Position numbers and translations under genes: made by a program
Notes under the pieces: model-generated
What the model was told of the DNA's origin: nothing
What the model saw: the letters and a program-made list of their open reading frames with translations, nothing else
Database searches by the model: none
Part shown: in pieces, positions 34,778-44,172 of the stretch
Layout of the letters: every line of letters begins with the position of its first letter
How positions within the stretch are numbered: position 1 is the stretch's first letter
Source of the DNA: an uncultured Acidobacteriota bacterium
GTDB lineage: Bacteria > Acidobacteriota > Thermoanaerobaculia > Multivoradales > UBA5704
DNA length: 64,000 nucleotides
NCBI GenBank assembly: GCA_963770895.1
Contig: CAVYRF010000002.1
Location: 3,936,001-4,000,000, forward strand
Direction of reading: 5' to 3'

Positions 34778-36208
34778 CCCGCGACAGATGTAGGCGCGCT
34801 CGAACTCCTCGATCACGCGACGCTTGGCAAGGCGGAAGCTCGACGCACCCGCGCCGCGGCGCGCCGCTACCGAGGCACGCAGCGCTTCGGGCAGATCCTG
34901 GGGCTCGATTTCGGGGCCGCGCGCCACCAGCACGGCGCGCTGGATGACGTTCTGCAGCTCGCGGATGTTTCCCGGGTAGTCATAGGCCAGGAGCAACCGT
35001 TCGGCGCGTGCCGAAAGGCGCAGCTCGACGCGGCGCTCGGCGCTCCAGCGTTCGACGAAGTGGCGGGCGAGGAGCGGGATATCCGTGGGCCGGTCGCGCA
35101 GCGGCGGCACTTCGATCTCGATCACGTTGAGCCGGTAGAGGAGGTCCTGGCGCATCTTGCCGGCGGCGACCCGCTCCCGCAAGTCGCGGTTGGTGGCCGC
35201 CACCACCCGCACGTCGGCGCGCCGCACGGCGGCGCTCCCCAGCCGTGCGTACTCCCCCGATTCCAGGACGCGGAGCAGCTTGACCTGCATGGCCGGGCTC
35301 ATCTCTCCCACTTCGTCCAGGAAAAGCGTGCCGCCGCGAGCTCTTTCGAACCAGCCCGGATGGTCGGCGACCGCGCCGGTAAAGGCGCCCCGCTGGTGGC
35401 CGAAGAGCTCGGATTCGAGCAGCGCCTCGGGCAGGGCGCCGCAGTTGACGGCCACGAACGGATGATTCCGGCGCGCGCTGTTGTGGTGGATGGCCTTGGC
35501 GACCAGCTCCTTGCCGGTGCCGCTTTCCCCCTGGATCAGCACCGACGCTTCGGAGTCCGCCACCTGGCTGATCAGCCGCAGCACTTCGAAGAAGGCGTCG
35601 TCGTGGCCCAGAATTGCGTCGAACCGGTATTGCGTCCGCAGCTGGTCCGCCAGCTCGGTGACCCGCAGCCGGAGGCGCCGGCGCTCCAGGGCGTGCGCCG
35701 CGGCCAGGGAAATGAGATCGGCGAAGCTCTCGACCAGGTCGCGGGTTTCTGGTTGGAAAACCTCTGCAGCGCTGCGGTTGTCCATATAGACGACGCCGAG
35801 CGGCTTGCCGGCGTCGAGGATCGGCAGGCAGATCACCGAAAGGATCTGTAGCCTCATCACGCTGCCGCGGCTCCCCAGCGTGTCGTCCGCGAGCGCATTC
35901 ATGCTCCAGAAGGAGCGCCCGTCCTTCCTCACGGTTTCGAGGATCGTGCGGCTCACTTCGAATTCGGGCCTTGCGATGTCCTGGCGATCGAGGTTGCGCG
36001 CCTCTTCGAACTGCGCCTGGCCATCGTCGCCGTAGAGCACGATCATGCCCCGCTCCGCACCCGCCAGCTCGATCAGGCCGTCGAGCGCCAGACTGAGGGT
36101 CTGATCCAAATCGGTGCCGCCGAGGATCTGCCTGCCGATGGCGAGCAGCTGCTTCACCCTGGCCGGCCCGCCACCGTCCCCGTCCGCGCGCGGCTCGATC
36201 GTGCTCAT
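34646..36208 (-). CDS. GAF-domain sigma54-dependent enhancer-binding protein (Fis-type HTH)
   Basis: GESGTGKE, GAFTGA, FLDEVGE, PGNIRELQN, C-terminal HTH. Start reassigned to MSTIEP. Confidence 0.93.
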   Translation of the reverse strand: MSTIEPRADGDGGGPARVKQLLAIGRQILGGTDLDQTLSLALDGLIELAGAERGMIVLYGDDGQAQFEEARNLDRQDIARPEFEVSRTILETVRKDGRSFWSMNALADDTLGSRGSVMRLQILSVICLPILDAGKPLGVVYMDNRSAAEVFQPETRDLVESFADLISLAAAHALERRRLRLRVTELADQLRTQYRFDAILGHDDAFFEVLRLISQVADSEASVLIQGESGTGKELVAKAIHHNSARRNHPFVAVNCGALPEALLESELFGHQRGAFTGAVADHPGWFERARGGTLFLDEVGEMSPAMQVKLLRVLESGEYARLGSAAVRRADVRVVAATNRDLRERVAAGKMRQDLLYRLNVIEIEVPPLRDRPTDIPLLARHFVERWSAERRVELRLSARAERLLLAYDYPGNIRELQNVIQRAVLVARGPEIEPQDLPEALRASVAARRGAGASSFRLAKRRVIEEFERAYICRGLQAAGGNISRAAQAAGIDFKNFHSKMQRYQIDPAAYKPGRPAP

Positions 36209-36342
36209 GTACTCCGACGTACCACACCGGGCGTACACAGGCAAGTCACAACTGCGAAATGCTGGATGGCCGCACGTCGTCGTGTCTGCCAGGTCTGGTT
36301 CCGCTGCTCGCCGCCCTGGGACTGGTCCGCGTGCGGCGGCTG

Positions 36343-37098
36343 TCAGGCGGGCGAAGAGGCCAGGTCGGCGGCGATCTCCTGGAGCAGCGCGGTGCGGGAT
36401 GAGTTGACGAACATGTGGGCGCCATCCAGGACGACGGCGCGAAACGGCCCGGTGGTCTCCCTGCGCCACTGCTGGATCTCGGCTGGGTCTGCCTCCGGAT
36501 CGCACGTGCCGCAAAAGGCGGTCAGGGGCATTGCCAGCGGCGGCCCGTTGCGGTACGCGTAGCTCTCGACCAGGGCGTAGTCGCCGTACAGGCTGGGCAG
36601 CACCACGTCCAGCAGATCCGCGCTATCGAGAAGCGCCGGGCTGACCTCGAACGAGTCGCGCAGCGCGGCGATGAACTCTTCCCGCGGCAGTCCGCTGATC
36701 AAAGGCCTGCGGCGCGGCAGATGGGGCGCCGGGTGCCCGGACACGAACAGCCGCATAGGCAGCCTCCTGCCCCGATCGCGCAGCTCGCGCGCCAGCTCGA
36801 ACGCCACCAGCGACCCGACGCTGTGTCCGAACAGCGCAAACGGCAGATCCAGCAGCGGCTCCACCACCTGCACCAGCGCCGCAACCATGTCCGGGATGCG
36901 CGTGATCGCCGGCTCCCCCAGGCGGCTCTCCCGCGCCGGCGGCTGCATCGCGCAAAGGTCGACATGAGGGGGCAAGGCGTTCCGCCACAGCGCAAAAGAA
37001 GACGCCCCGCCGCCGCCAAACGGAAAACAGAACAGCCGCACCCGCTGCTCCGAGCCCGGCCGCCGATACGGCATCCACTTCGCCAAAGCCCCGCTCAC
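36343..37098 (-). CDS. Type II thioesterase
   Basis: RLFCFPFGGGGAS, GHSVG, GAHMF. Confidence 0.92.
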   Translation of the reverse strand: MSGALAKWMPYRRPGSEQRVRLFCFPFGGGGASSFALWRNALPPHVDLCAMQPPARESRLGEPAITRIPDMVAALVQVVEPLLDLPFALFGHSVGSLVAFELARELRDRGRRLPMRLFVSGHPAPHLPRRRPLISGLPREEFIAALRDSFEVSPALLDSADLLDVVLPSLYGDYALVESYAYRNGPPLAMPLTAFCGTCDPEADPAEIQQWRRETTGPFRAVVLDGAHMFVNSSRTALLQEIAADLASSPA

Positions 37099-37206
37099 CT
37101 TGCCGCTGCTCCTTTCGCGCCCTCAGCCCCCGCTCGCCAGCCGAGCCGGGGAGCTGGGCGAGCATCATATGACGCGTGCCAACGTGCACCGTTCGCGGAT
37201 GGCATG

Positions 37207-37272
37207 ACGCTCCGCCCTCCCCCGGGGCCCGATGGCGGACGCGCCGCAGGCGCGCCGCGATCGGGGCAACCG
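37207..37272. repeat. Palindromic intergenic repeat, copy 3
   Basis: ACGCTCCGCCCTCCCCCGGGGCCCGATGGCGGACGCGCC-GCA-GGCGCGCCGCGATCGGGGCAACCG. Confidence 0.85.
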
Positions 37273-37275
37273 TCG

Positions 37276-37986
37276 CTAATCCTCTTCCTGGCTGGCGCTC
37301 CAACGCACCTGGAGCACGCCTGGCATACCGGACAGCTCCACCCATACCGGCGGCGGAAACACGTCCGCGGGATCGCCGCGCCAGCGGACCGTGCAGTTGA
37401 TGCGGCGTTCGCGCTGCGGCCCCTTCCAGTCCACCGTCCACTTGACGATCCGCAGGCCGGCGCGGGCGAGCAGCGTGCGCAGGTCCTCGCCCGCCGGCCC
37501 GTCCGCGGCGGCGATCACCTGCAGCGTTGCCTTCCGCTCCTCATGCAGCTGTCGTTCGAACCTCCTGAGCAGCTCCAGCGTGACCAGCGCAATGCCCAGA
37601 CCCGCCAGGCCGAGGCCGATCTGACCGCCGCCGAAGCAGAGGCCGAGCACGGTGGTGAACCAGAGCGTGGCGGCCGTCGTCACGCCGGTCACCATGCCAC
37701 CCCGCCGCAAGATGGCCCCGGCGCCGATGAACCCCATGCCCGATAGGATGCCCAGCGGCAGGCGCATCAGGTCGAGCACGACGTACGAATCGCCGAGCTT
37801 GCCACGCCAGGGCAGCATCTGGCAGACCTGCAGCATCGAAAGCGCCGCGGCCAGCCCCACCAGCAGCGTCGTGCGCAGCCCCGCCACGTGGCCGCCCCGC
37901 TTGCGGTCGATACCGATCAACGATCCGGCGGCGAGCGTGAGGGCCAGCCGCAGCGCAACGTCGTCCCATCCGATCAGAGGATTCAT
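37276..37986 (-). CDS. MgtC/SapB family membrane protein
   Basis: AGLRTTLLV, GILSGMGFIGAGAI, GVTTAATLW. Confidence 0.92.
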   Translation of the reverse strand: MNPLIGWDDVALRLALTLAAGSLIGIDRKRGGHVAGLRTTLLVGLAAALSMLQVCQMLPWRGKLGDSYVVLDLMRLPLGILSGMGFIGAGAILRRGGMVTGVTTAATLWFTTVLGLCFGGGQIGLGLAGLGIALVTLELLRRFERQLHEERKATLQVIAAADGPAGEDLRTLLARAGLRIVKWTVDWKGPQRERRINCTVRWRGDPADVFPPPVWVELSGMPGVLQVRWSASQEED

Positions 37987-38003
37987 AGTTTGCACCTCAC
38001 CCG

Positions 38004-38019
38004 CGGCACATCGCTTGCA
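38004..38019 (+). promoter_or_regulatory. Putative sigma54 promoter
   Basis: CGGCAC-N5-TTGCA, ~45 nt upstream of the TPP-enzyme start. Confidence 0.55.
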
Positions 38020-38065
38020 AATGCGATGACAGCGGGAGCTGAGCTCTCAGCAAAGGGAGGGTTTC

Positions 38066-39814
38066 ATGGCGGAGACGGCGGCTGAGATCCTGGTCGAAAC
38101 TTTGATCGATTGGGGGGTGGATACCATCTTCGGGCTCCCTGGCGACGGCATCAACGGCATCATGGAAGCGCTGCGCACGCGGCAGGACAAGGTGCGGTTC
38201 ATCCAGGTGCGGCACGAGGAATCGGCGGCATTCATGGCCTGCGCCTACGCCAAGTACACCGGGCGCCTGGGGGTCTGCCTGGCCACCTCCGGGCCGGGCG
38301 GCATCCACCTGCTCAACGGTCTCTACGACGCCAAGTTGGACGGCCAGCCGGTGCTGGCGATCACCGGCCACCATTACAGCGATCTGATCGACACCTTTCA
38401 GCAGCAGGACGTGGACCTGGACCGTCTGTTCGAAGACGTCACCGTGTACAACACCCGGATCATGGGGGCGGCGCACGTCGAAAACGTTACCAACCTGGCC
38501 TGCCGCGCGGCGCTCGCCCGGCGCGGCGTGGCGCACCTCAACTTTCCGGTCGACCTCCAGGAGCAAAAGGGTGGCAAGCGCAGCCGCGACAACGTCGCCC
38601 GCCACGTTTCCAGCGTCGCCGCCGACAGCGCGCACCTGCCGGCGATGGACGATCTGCGGCGGGCCGCAGCGTTGCTCGACGCCGGCAAGCGCGTGGTCAT
38701 CCTGGCCGGGCGCGGTGCCCTGGACGCCGGCGCCGAGCTGGAACAGCTGGCGGAGCGCCTGCAGGCGCCCATCGTCAAGGCGCTGCTCGGCAAGGCGGCG
38801 GTGCCCGACGACAGCCCCTACACGACGGGCGGCCTCGGACTGTTAGGCACCCGGCCCTCCCAGGAAGCGCTCGAAGAATGCGACACGCTGCTGATCGTCG
38901 GCAGCTCCTTCCCCTACATCGAATTTTTGCCGGAGCCGGGCCAGGCGCGTGGGGTCCAGATCGATCTCGATCCGGTGCGCATCGGCCTGCGCTATCCGGT
39001 CGAGGTGGGATTGATCGGCGATGCGCGCGCGACGCTGCGCGAGCTGCTGCCGCTTCTGGCGGCGGAGCGCGACGGTGCCTTCCTCAAGCAGGCCCGCGAG
39101 GCGATGCAGACGTGGCGCTCGCAGCTTGCCGATCAGGCGCAGCGTATGGACAAACCGATGAAGCCCCAGGTGGTCGCCTGGGAGCTGGGCCGCCGCCTGG
39201 CCCCGAACGCCATCGTCTCGTCCGATTCGGGCACCAACACCACCTGGTTCGCGCGCCTGATCCCGGTGCAGCGCGGCCAGATGCATTCGGTTTCGGGCAC
39301 CCTGGCCTCGATGGCCTGCGGGCTGCCCTACACCCTTGCCGCGCAACTTGCCCATCCCGATCGGCAGTGCGTCGCGTTCGTCGGCGACGGCGGGTTCAGC
39401 ATGCTCATGGCCGAATTTGCGACCGCGGTCAAATACAAGCTGCCGGTCAAGATCGTGGTGGTAAAGAACGACACCCTGGGCCAGATCAAGTGGGAACAGA
39501 TGGTGTTTCTCGGCAACCCCGAATACGGTTGCGATCTGCACCCGATCGACTTTGCCGCCTTCGCCCGCGCCTGCGGCGGCCACGGCGTGACCATCGACGA
39601 CCCGGCGCGCTGCGGCGCCGCCCTGGACGAGGCCCTGGCCCACCCCGGCCCGGTGCTGATCGAAGCCGTCGTCGATCCCTTCGAAGCGCCGATGCCCCCC
39701 AAGATCGATGCCAAGCAGGCGGCGAACCTGGGCAAGGCGCTGCTGCGCGGCGAACCCAACCGCGGCAAGATCGCCGTCACCCTGATCGCCGACCGCGTGC
39801 GCGAGCTGGTCTAG
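38066..39814 (+). CDS. Thiamine-diphosphate enzyme, pyruvate oxidase/dehydrogenase (PoxB-like)
   Basis: GLPGDG, VRHEESAAF, TSGPGGIHLLNGLYDA, GDGG...KND TPP motif, RBS GGAGG. Confidence 0.92.
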   Translation: MAETAAEILVETLIDWGVDTIFGLPGDGINGIMEALRTRQDKVRFIQVRHEESAAFMACAYAKYTGRLGVCLATSGPGGIHLLNGLYDAKLDGQPVLAITGHHYSDLIDTFQQQDVDLDRLFEDVTVYNTRIMGAAHVENVTNLACRAALARRGVAHLNFPVDLQEQKGGKRSRDNVARHVSSVAADSAHLPAMDDLRRAAALLDAGKRVVILAGRGALDAGAELEQLAERLQAPIVKALLGKAAVPDDSPYTTGGLGLLGTRPSQEALEECDTLLIVGSSFPYIEFLPEPGQARGVQIDLDPVRIGLRYPVEVGLIGDARATLRELLPLLAAERDGAFLKQAREAMQTWRSQLADQAQRMDKPMKPQVVAWELGRRLAPNAIVSSDSGTNTTWFARLIPVQRGQMHSVSGTLASMACGLPYTLAAQLAHPDRQCVAFVGDGGFSMLMAEFATAVKYKLPVKIVVVKNDTLGQIKWEQMVFLGNPEYGCDLHPIDFAAFARACGGHGVTIDDPARCGAALDEALAHPGPVLIEAVVDPFEAPMPPKIDAKQAANLGKALLRGEPNRGKIAVTLIADRVRELV

Positions 39815-39881
39815 ATCTCCCGCTCACCGCGATCTGCCCGTCCGTCACGCTCAGTGGCCGGCCGTGGCCACCGCCTTGGGC

Positions 39882-41972
39882 TCAGGGTCTGGTCAGGACG
39901 AAGACGCCGGCGGTGGCGGTGCCGGCGAGAAGGGTTCGGGGTGGTGTGACGGCGGCGGCGATCGTGGTCACGGAGGGCGGCAGGCCGGGGGCGGTGAGGA
40001 GCTGCCAGGTGGCGGCGCCGTCGTCGCTGACGAAGATCTGCTGGCTGGCCAGGGTTTGGGTCAGCAGGTAGAGCGTTGTCGGGGTCGTCGGGTCGATTGC
40101 CAGGGTGACGACCTGGGCGTTGCGTGGGAGGCCGAAGGAGGCGGCGGCCCAATGCGCGCCTCCATCGATGCTCTTGAACAGGACGCGCTGGCGTTGGTGC
40201 CCGAGAGCGGCGTAGAGGGTGGGCGGGGCGCCGGCGCCGATCGGTCCGCCGGGGGCGACTTCCAGATCGACGAAGGGACCGGCCAGCGGCGACAAGCTGA
40301 GGGAGGTGCTGCCGGGGAGGGTCCTGAACAGGGCGCCCTCGATGAGGGCAAAGGCCTGGCGAGGGTTGGCGGGGTCGAGCCGGACCAGGGAAGCGTCCGA
40401 CGATTCCACTTCGCGGCTCACGGTGCCGAGCAGGCGCCAGCCGCGACCGAAGGTGTTGGTGAGGTAGAGCGACGGGTTGTCGCAGCCGAAGTTGAACAGG
40501 TACAAGGCATTGGGTGTGCAGCTGAGGCCGACGACCTTGCCGGGCAGCAGGGGATCGGCGGCGATGGCGAGCGCGGAGCTCGGCAGGATAAAGGACTGCC
40601 AGCTGTCGCCGCCGTCCACGCTGATGTCGGGCCCCGACACACCAGGCAGGCCCATGGCATAGAGCACGCCGGGCTGCGCATCGAGGACCAGACGAGCGAG
40701 GACGCTGCTGGAGGGCGTCAGGCTGCTCCAGGTTTCTCCGCCGTCGGCGCTGTGCCAGGTGGGCACGGCGAAAATCTGGCTTTCGAGCTGGGCGTTCTCC
40801 TCCACGTAGAGGGACCGCGTGCCCAGCGGACCCGCCAGCACCTGGGAGACGTCCAGGCCGCTGGGAGGCTGGGCGGGCAGGGTCCAGGTTCTGCCTTGAT
40901 CCGGGCTTCGTTGGATGCCGCCGTCCGGGATGAGAAAGAAAAGCTGGTCGGGAGATCCCGCGCCCGCGGCGAGGCTCCCCCCGGAAGGCAGCGAGGAGAT
41001 CTGCTGCCAGGTGGCGCCGCGATCGGTGCTTTGGAAGATTTGGCAGATGAGGGGAGCCGTGCCGAAGCCCGTTGCGCTGGCGTAGAGGTCACCTGACGGG
41101 CCGACGACGAAGCTGCCCAGCGTCGGCGCCAGGCCGCTGCCGGCCGCAGTCCAGGTGGTGCCGTTGTCGATGGAGCGGTAGACGGGCGCGCCGGTCTCGC
41201 CGGCGGGGCGCGCGGCGGCGATGTACAGCGCCGCACCGGGGGCGTCGAAGACACCGAGGGGAGCGTCCAGTGAGGTGAACGGGCTGAACGGGGTGCCCCA
41301 GGTGGCGCCGCCGTCGCTGCTGCGCAGGAAGCCCGGCGCACCGAGCACATAGAGGGTGTTGGGGTCGGAGGGTGAAACCGTCAGCCTGGCAGGAGTGTAG
41401 GCGGCAGGCAGGGTGCCCGTCACGGTCCAGGTCGCGCCGCCATCGGTGCTCCGGGCGACCTGGATGGGACCGCCGCTTGGTGCCGCTTGGGTGCCGTACA
41501 GGGTCTGGGGCGCGGACGCAGCGATGGCGACGTTCTGCACGGCATCGGTGAGGAGCGCCCAGGTGGTGGCGCCGTCGGTGCTTTTGTAGATGCCGGCGGC
41601 GGCGGACGTGTCCGCGGCGTAGAGCGTGCCGCTCGCCGTGGGGTCCACCGCGTCCAGCGTTACAGGCCCCACCACGGGAGCGCCGGTGTAGGTCCAGGTT
41701 TCGCCGCCGTCGGCGCTGCGCCAGACGGCGCCGCCGCTGCTACAGGCATAGATCACTTCCGGGCTGCTCGGCGCGCCGAGCAGGCTGCTGAACTGGCCGG
41801 CGGGCGGCCCGACGGAAGTCCACTGGCCGCTGCCGGCAGCGGCGAGGACGGGGGCCGCGAGCCAGCCCAAAAGGGCGAAACCGAGAGCCCAGGCCGGTGC
41901 TTCCAGGCGTGCTGTCCGGTAGCGGTTGTCGATCGGTTTCGAGGACATTGGCGCGCTGGGTGGTTGTTGCAT
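39882..41972 (-). CDS. Secreted BNR/Asp-box repeat (VPS10/sialidase-like) beta-propeller protein
   Basis: Many SxDGGxTW repeats, signal-peptide-like N-terminus, RBS GGAGAGG before ATG 41972. Confidence 0.88.
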   Translation of the reverse strand: MQQPPSAPMSSKPIDNRYRTARLEAPAWALGFALLGWLAAPVLAAAGSGQWTSVGPPAGQFSSLLGAPSSPEVIYACSSGGAVWRSADGGETWTYTGAPVVGPVTLDAVDPTASGTLYAADTSAAAGIYKSTDGATTWALLTDAVQNVAIAASAPQTLYGTQAAPSGGPIQVARSTDGGATWTVTGTLPAAYTPARLTVSPSDPNTLYVLGAPGFLRSSDGGATWGTPFSPFTSLDAPLGVFDAPGAALYIAAARPAGETGAPVYRSIDNGTTWTAAGSGLAPTLGSFVVGPSGDLYASATGFGTAPLICQIFQSTDRGATWQQISSLPSGGSLAAGAGSPDQLFFLIPDGGIQRSPDQGRTWTLPAQPPSGLDVSQVLAGPLGTRSLYVEENAQLESQIFAVPTWHSADGGETWSSLTPSSSVLARLVLDAQPGVLYAMGLPGVSGPDISVDGGDSWQSFILPSSALAIAADPLLPGKVVGLSCTPNALYLFNFGCDNPSLYLTNTFGRGWRLLGTVSREVESSDASLVRLDPANPRQAFALIEGALFRTLPGSTSLSLSPLAGPFVDLEVAPGGPIGAGAPPTLYAALGHQRQRVLFKSIDGGAHWAAASFGLPRNAQVVTLAIDPTTPTTLYLLTQTLASQQIFVSDDGAATWQLLTAPGLPPSVTTIAAAVTPPRTLLAGTATAGVFVLTRP

Positions 41973-42188
41973 GTTCGTCCTCTCCGTGTGGTGTCGGGTG
42001 CATTGGGCCATACCGCTGCCCGGGCGGTTTCCTGGTGCTCTCCGAGGTGCTCTCGATCAGTATACGGAAGGGAGCGCACAGGTGCTCAAATGTCGGACAG
42101 CTAAAGTCGCGCCGTGCCCACGATCCAGGTTGCAAGCGCAGCCCGCCGGCCTCTGGGGGGCCGGTTGCCGGGGGTGCCGACGATGCGA

Positions 42189-42246
42189 TTGACAACCTGT
42201 TCGCTCGTCGGGCAGAATCAAAGCGTATTAATGAGACTTTGTCTCA
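42189..42246 (+). promoter_or_regulatory. Sigma70 promoter with downstream palindromic operator
   Basis: TTGACA-N18-CAGAAT followed by TGAGAC-TTT-GTCTCA. Confidence 0.55.
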
Positions 42247-42418
42247 AGTGGGATTGAGTGCCTGCAATGGCGGATGCCGCGACGGGCACTGATAGCGCGA
42301 AGGGGCGATCGGGTCGAGACTTGGGGAAGGCTCCGCCGGCTGCCTCTTCGGTGTGTATGACCCGTCACCGGCACCGCGTGGACGGTGCCTGTGACACGAC
42401 CACGAGGAGAGCGCTCCC

Positions 42419-44065
42419 ATGGGCACCTGCTATGGCATCAAAAGGTCGCGACTGCGCATCGCGGCGTGGGTTCTGTGCGTGCTGAGCCCGGCGGCGGGAT
42501 TCGGCCAGAGCTCGGCGGTCTGTCCGCGGTTCGCGGCGGGCAGCACCGTGGCCGCCCCGGCGGATCTGTTTTCGGTCAACGGGGTCCTGAACGTCAATCT
42601 GACCTACCAGACCAGCTCGGATGCGAACGGCAATGCGCTCTATTGCTTCCTCACGGACGATGGGGTCCAGTCGCCGACCCTGCACGTGCATCCCGGCGAT
42701 GAGCTGATCATTCATTTCAGCAACGGACTGACCGCCGGGGCGGGCGCCGATGCCATCGCGGACATGCCTGCGATGCAAGTCGCGGCGTCCGCGGCGGATG
42801 CGTGCGGTGCGTCGGTGATGACCGGGACGTCGGTCAACATCCACTACCACGGCACCAACACGCCGCCGACCTGCCACCAGGACGAGGTGATCAAGACGCT
42901 GGTCAACGCCGGCGAAAGCTTCGTCTACGACGTGCACTTTCCCGCCGACGAGCCGCCGGGCCTGTATTGGTACCACCCGCACGTGCACGGGATCTCGGAG
43001 GCCGCGGTGCAGGGTGGCGCGTCCGGGGCGATCGTCGTCGAAGGCATCGAGAAGTTGATTCCCGCCGTCGCCGGTCTGCACCAGCAGATCCTGGTGATCC
43101 GTGACAATCCGCTCGCCCCCGACGCTCCGCCGCCCGGCGGCGCGGTGCCGTCGTGGGACCTGTCGCTCAACTACGCTCCGATCGCGTATCCGGCGATGAT
43201 CCCCGCCGTCGTTGCGGTGCGGCCGCTGGAAAAGCAGCTGTGGCGAGTGGTGAACGCTTCGGCAGACACCATCCTGGACCTCCAGGTGCGCTACGACGGC
43301 CGCCGGCAGCCGCTGCAGGTGGTGGCTCTGGACGGCGTTCCGGTAGGGTCGCAGGACGGCGCCGCCCGCGGCCATGCGCAGACGCAGACGCACATCCTGC
43401 TGCCGCCCTCGGGGCGCGCCGAATTCATCCTCACGGCGCCGGCGGCGACCGTGCGCAACGCCGTCTTGCTCACGCTCAGGATCGACACCGGGCCGGATGG
43501 CGACAACGACCCGCAGCGCACCATCGCCGTCATCAAGGCGAGCGCGGATGCGCCGGAGCCGGCACTGGTGGTGCCGGCGGCGAGCGGTGCCGCCAACGCC
43601 CAACGCTTCGCCGGCCTGGCGTCGGCGCGGGCCGTGAGGCAGCGCAAGCTGTACTTTTCGGAAGTATTGTCGAACCCGTCGGACCCCAACAGTCCCACCA
43701 ACTTTTACATCACCGTGGACGGCCAGACGCCGACCCTGTTCGATCCTGCCAATCCGCCCGCCATCGTCACCACGCAAGGTACGGTGGAAGATTGGACGAT
43801 CGAAAACCGGGCGCTGGAAAATCACGAGTTCCACATGCACCAGATCCATTTTCTGCTGCTGGAACAAAACGGCGTGCCGGTCGCCAGCGGCGCTTACCTC
43901 GACGTCATCAACGTGCCCTACTGGTCGGGCAAGGGACCCTATCCGAGCGTCAAGCTGCGCATGGATTTTCGCGGTCCCGACGTGGGAGATTTCGTCTACC
44001 ACTGTCACATTCTGGGCCACGAAGACAGCGGCATGATGGCGATCATTCGCGTGCAGCCGCAGTAG
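42419..44065 (+). CDS. Secreted multicopper oxidase (laccase-like)
   Basis: HYHG, WYHPH, HEFHMH, HCHILGHEDSGMM copper motifs. Confidence 0.95.
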   Translation: MGTCYGIKRSRLRIAAWVLCVLSPAAGFGQSSAVCPRFAAGSTVAAPADLFSVNGVLNVNLTYQTSSDANGNALYCFLTDDGVQSPTLHVHPGDELIIHFSNGLTAGAGADAIADMPAMQVAASAADACGASVMTGTSVNIHYHGTNTPPTCHQDEVIKTLVNAGESFVYDVHFPADEPPGLYWYHPHVHGISEAAVQGGASGAIVVEGIEKLIPAVAGLHQQILVIRDNPLAPDAPPPGGAVPSWDLSLNYAPIAYPAMIPAVVAVRPLEKQLWRVVNASADTILDLQVRYDGRRQPLQVVALDGVPVGSQDGAARGHAQTQTHILLPPSGRAEFILTAPAATVRNAVLLTLRIDTGPDGDNDPQRTIAVIKASADAPEPALVVPAASGAANAQRFAGLASARAVRQRKLYFSEVLSNPSDPNSPTNFYITVDGQTPTLFDPANPPAIVTTQGTVEDWTIENRALENHEFHMHQIHFLLLEQNGVPVASGAYLDVINVPYWSGKGPYPSVKLRMDFRGPDVGDFVYHCHILGHEDSGMMAIIRVQPQ

Positions 44066-44172
44066 CGGCGGGGAGCAGGCGGCGTGGCTGTGCCTGGGGA
44101 CCGCGCCATGGCGGCGGGGCGCGATCATCCGGGTGCAGCCGCGGCCGTCGTGGGCGGTGGTAGCATCCGGCC

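Noticed and set aside
25621-37272. Palindromic repeats as a CRISPR array
   Set aside because: The copies are kilobases apart, with no spacer periodicity and no cas genes
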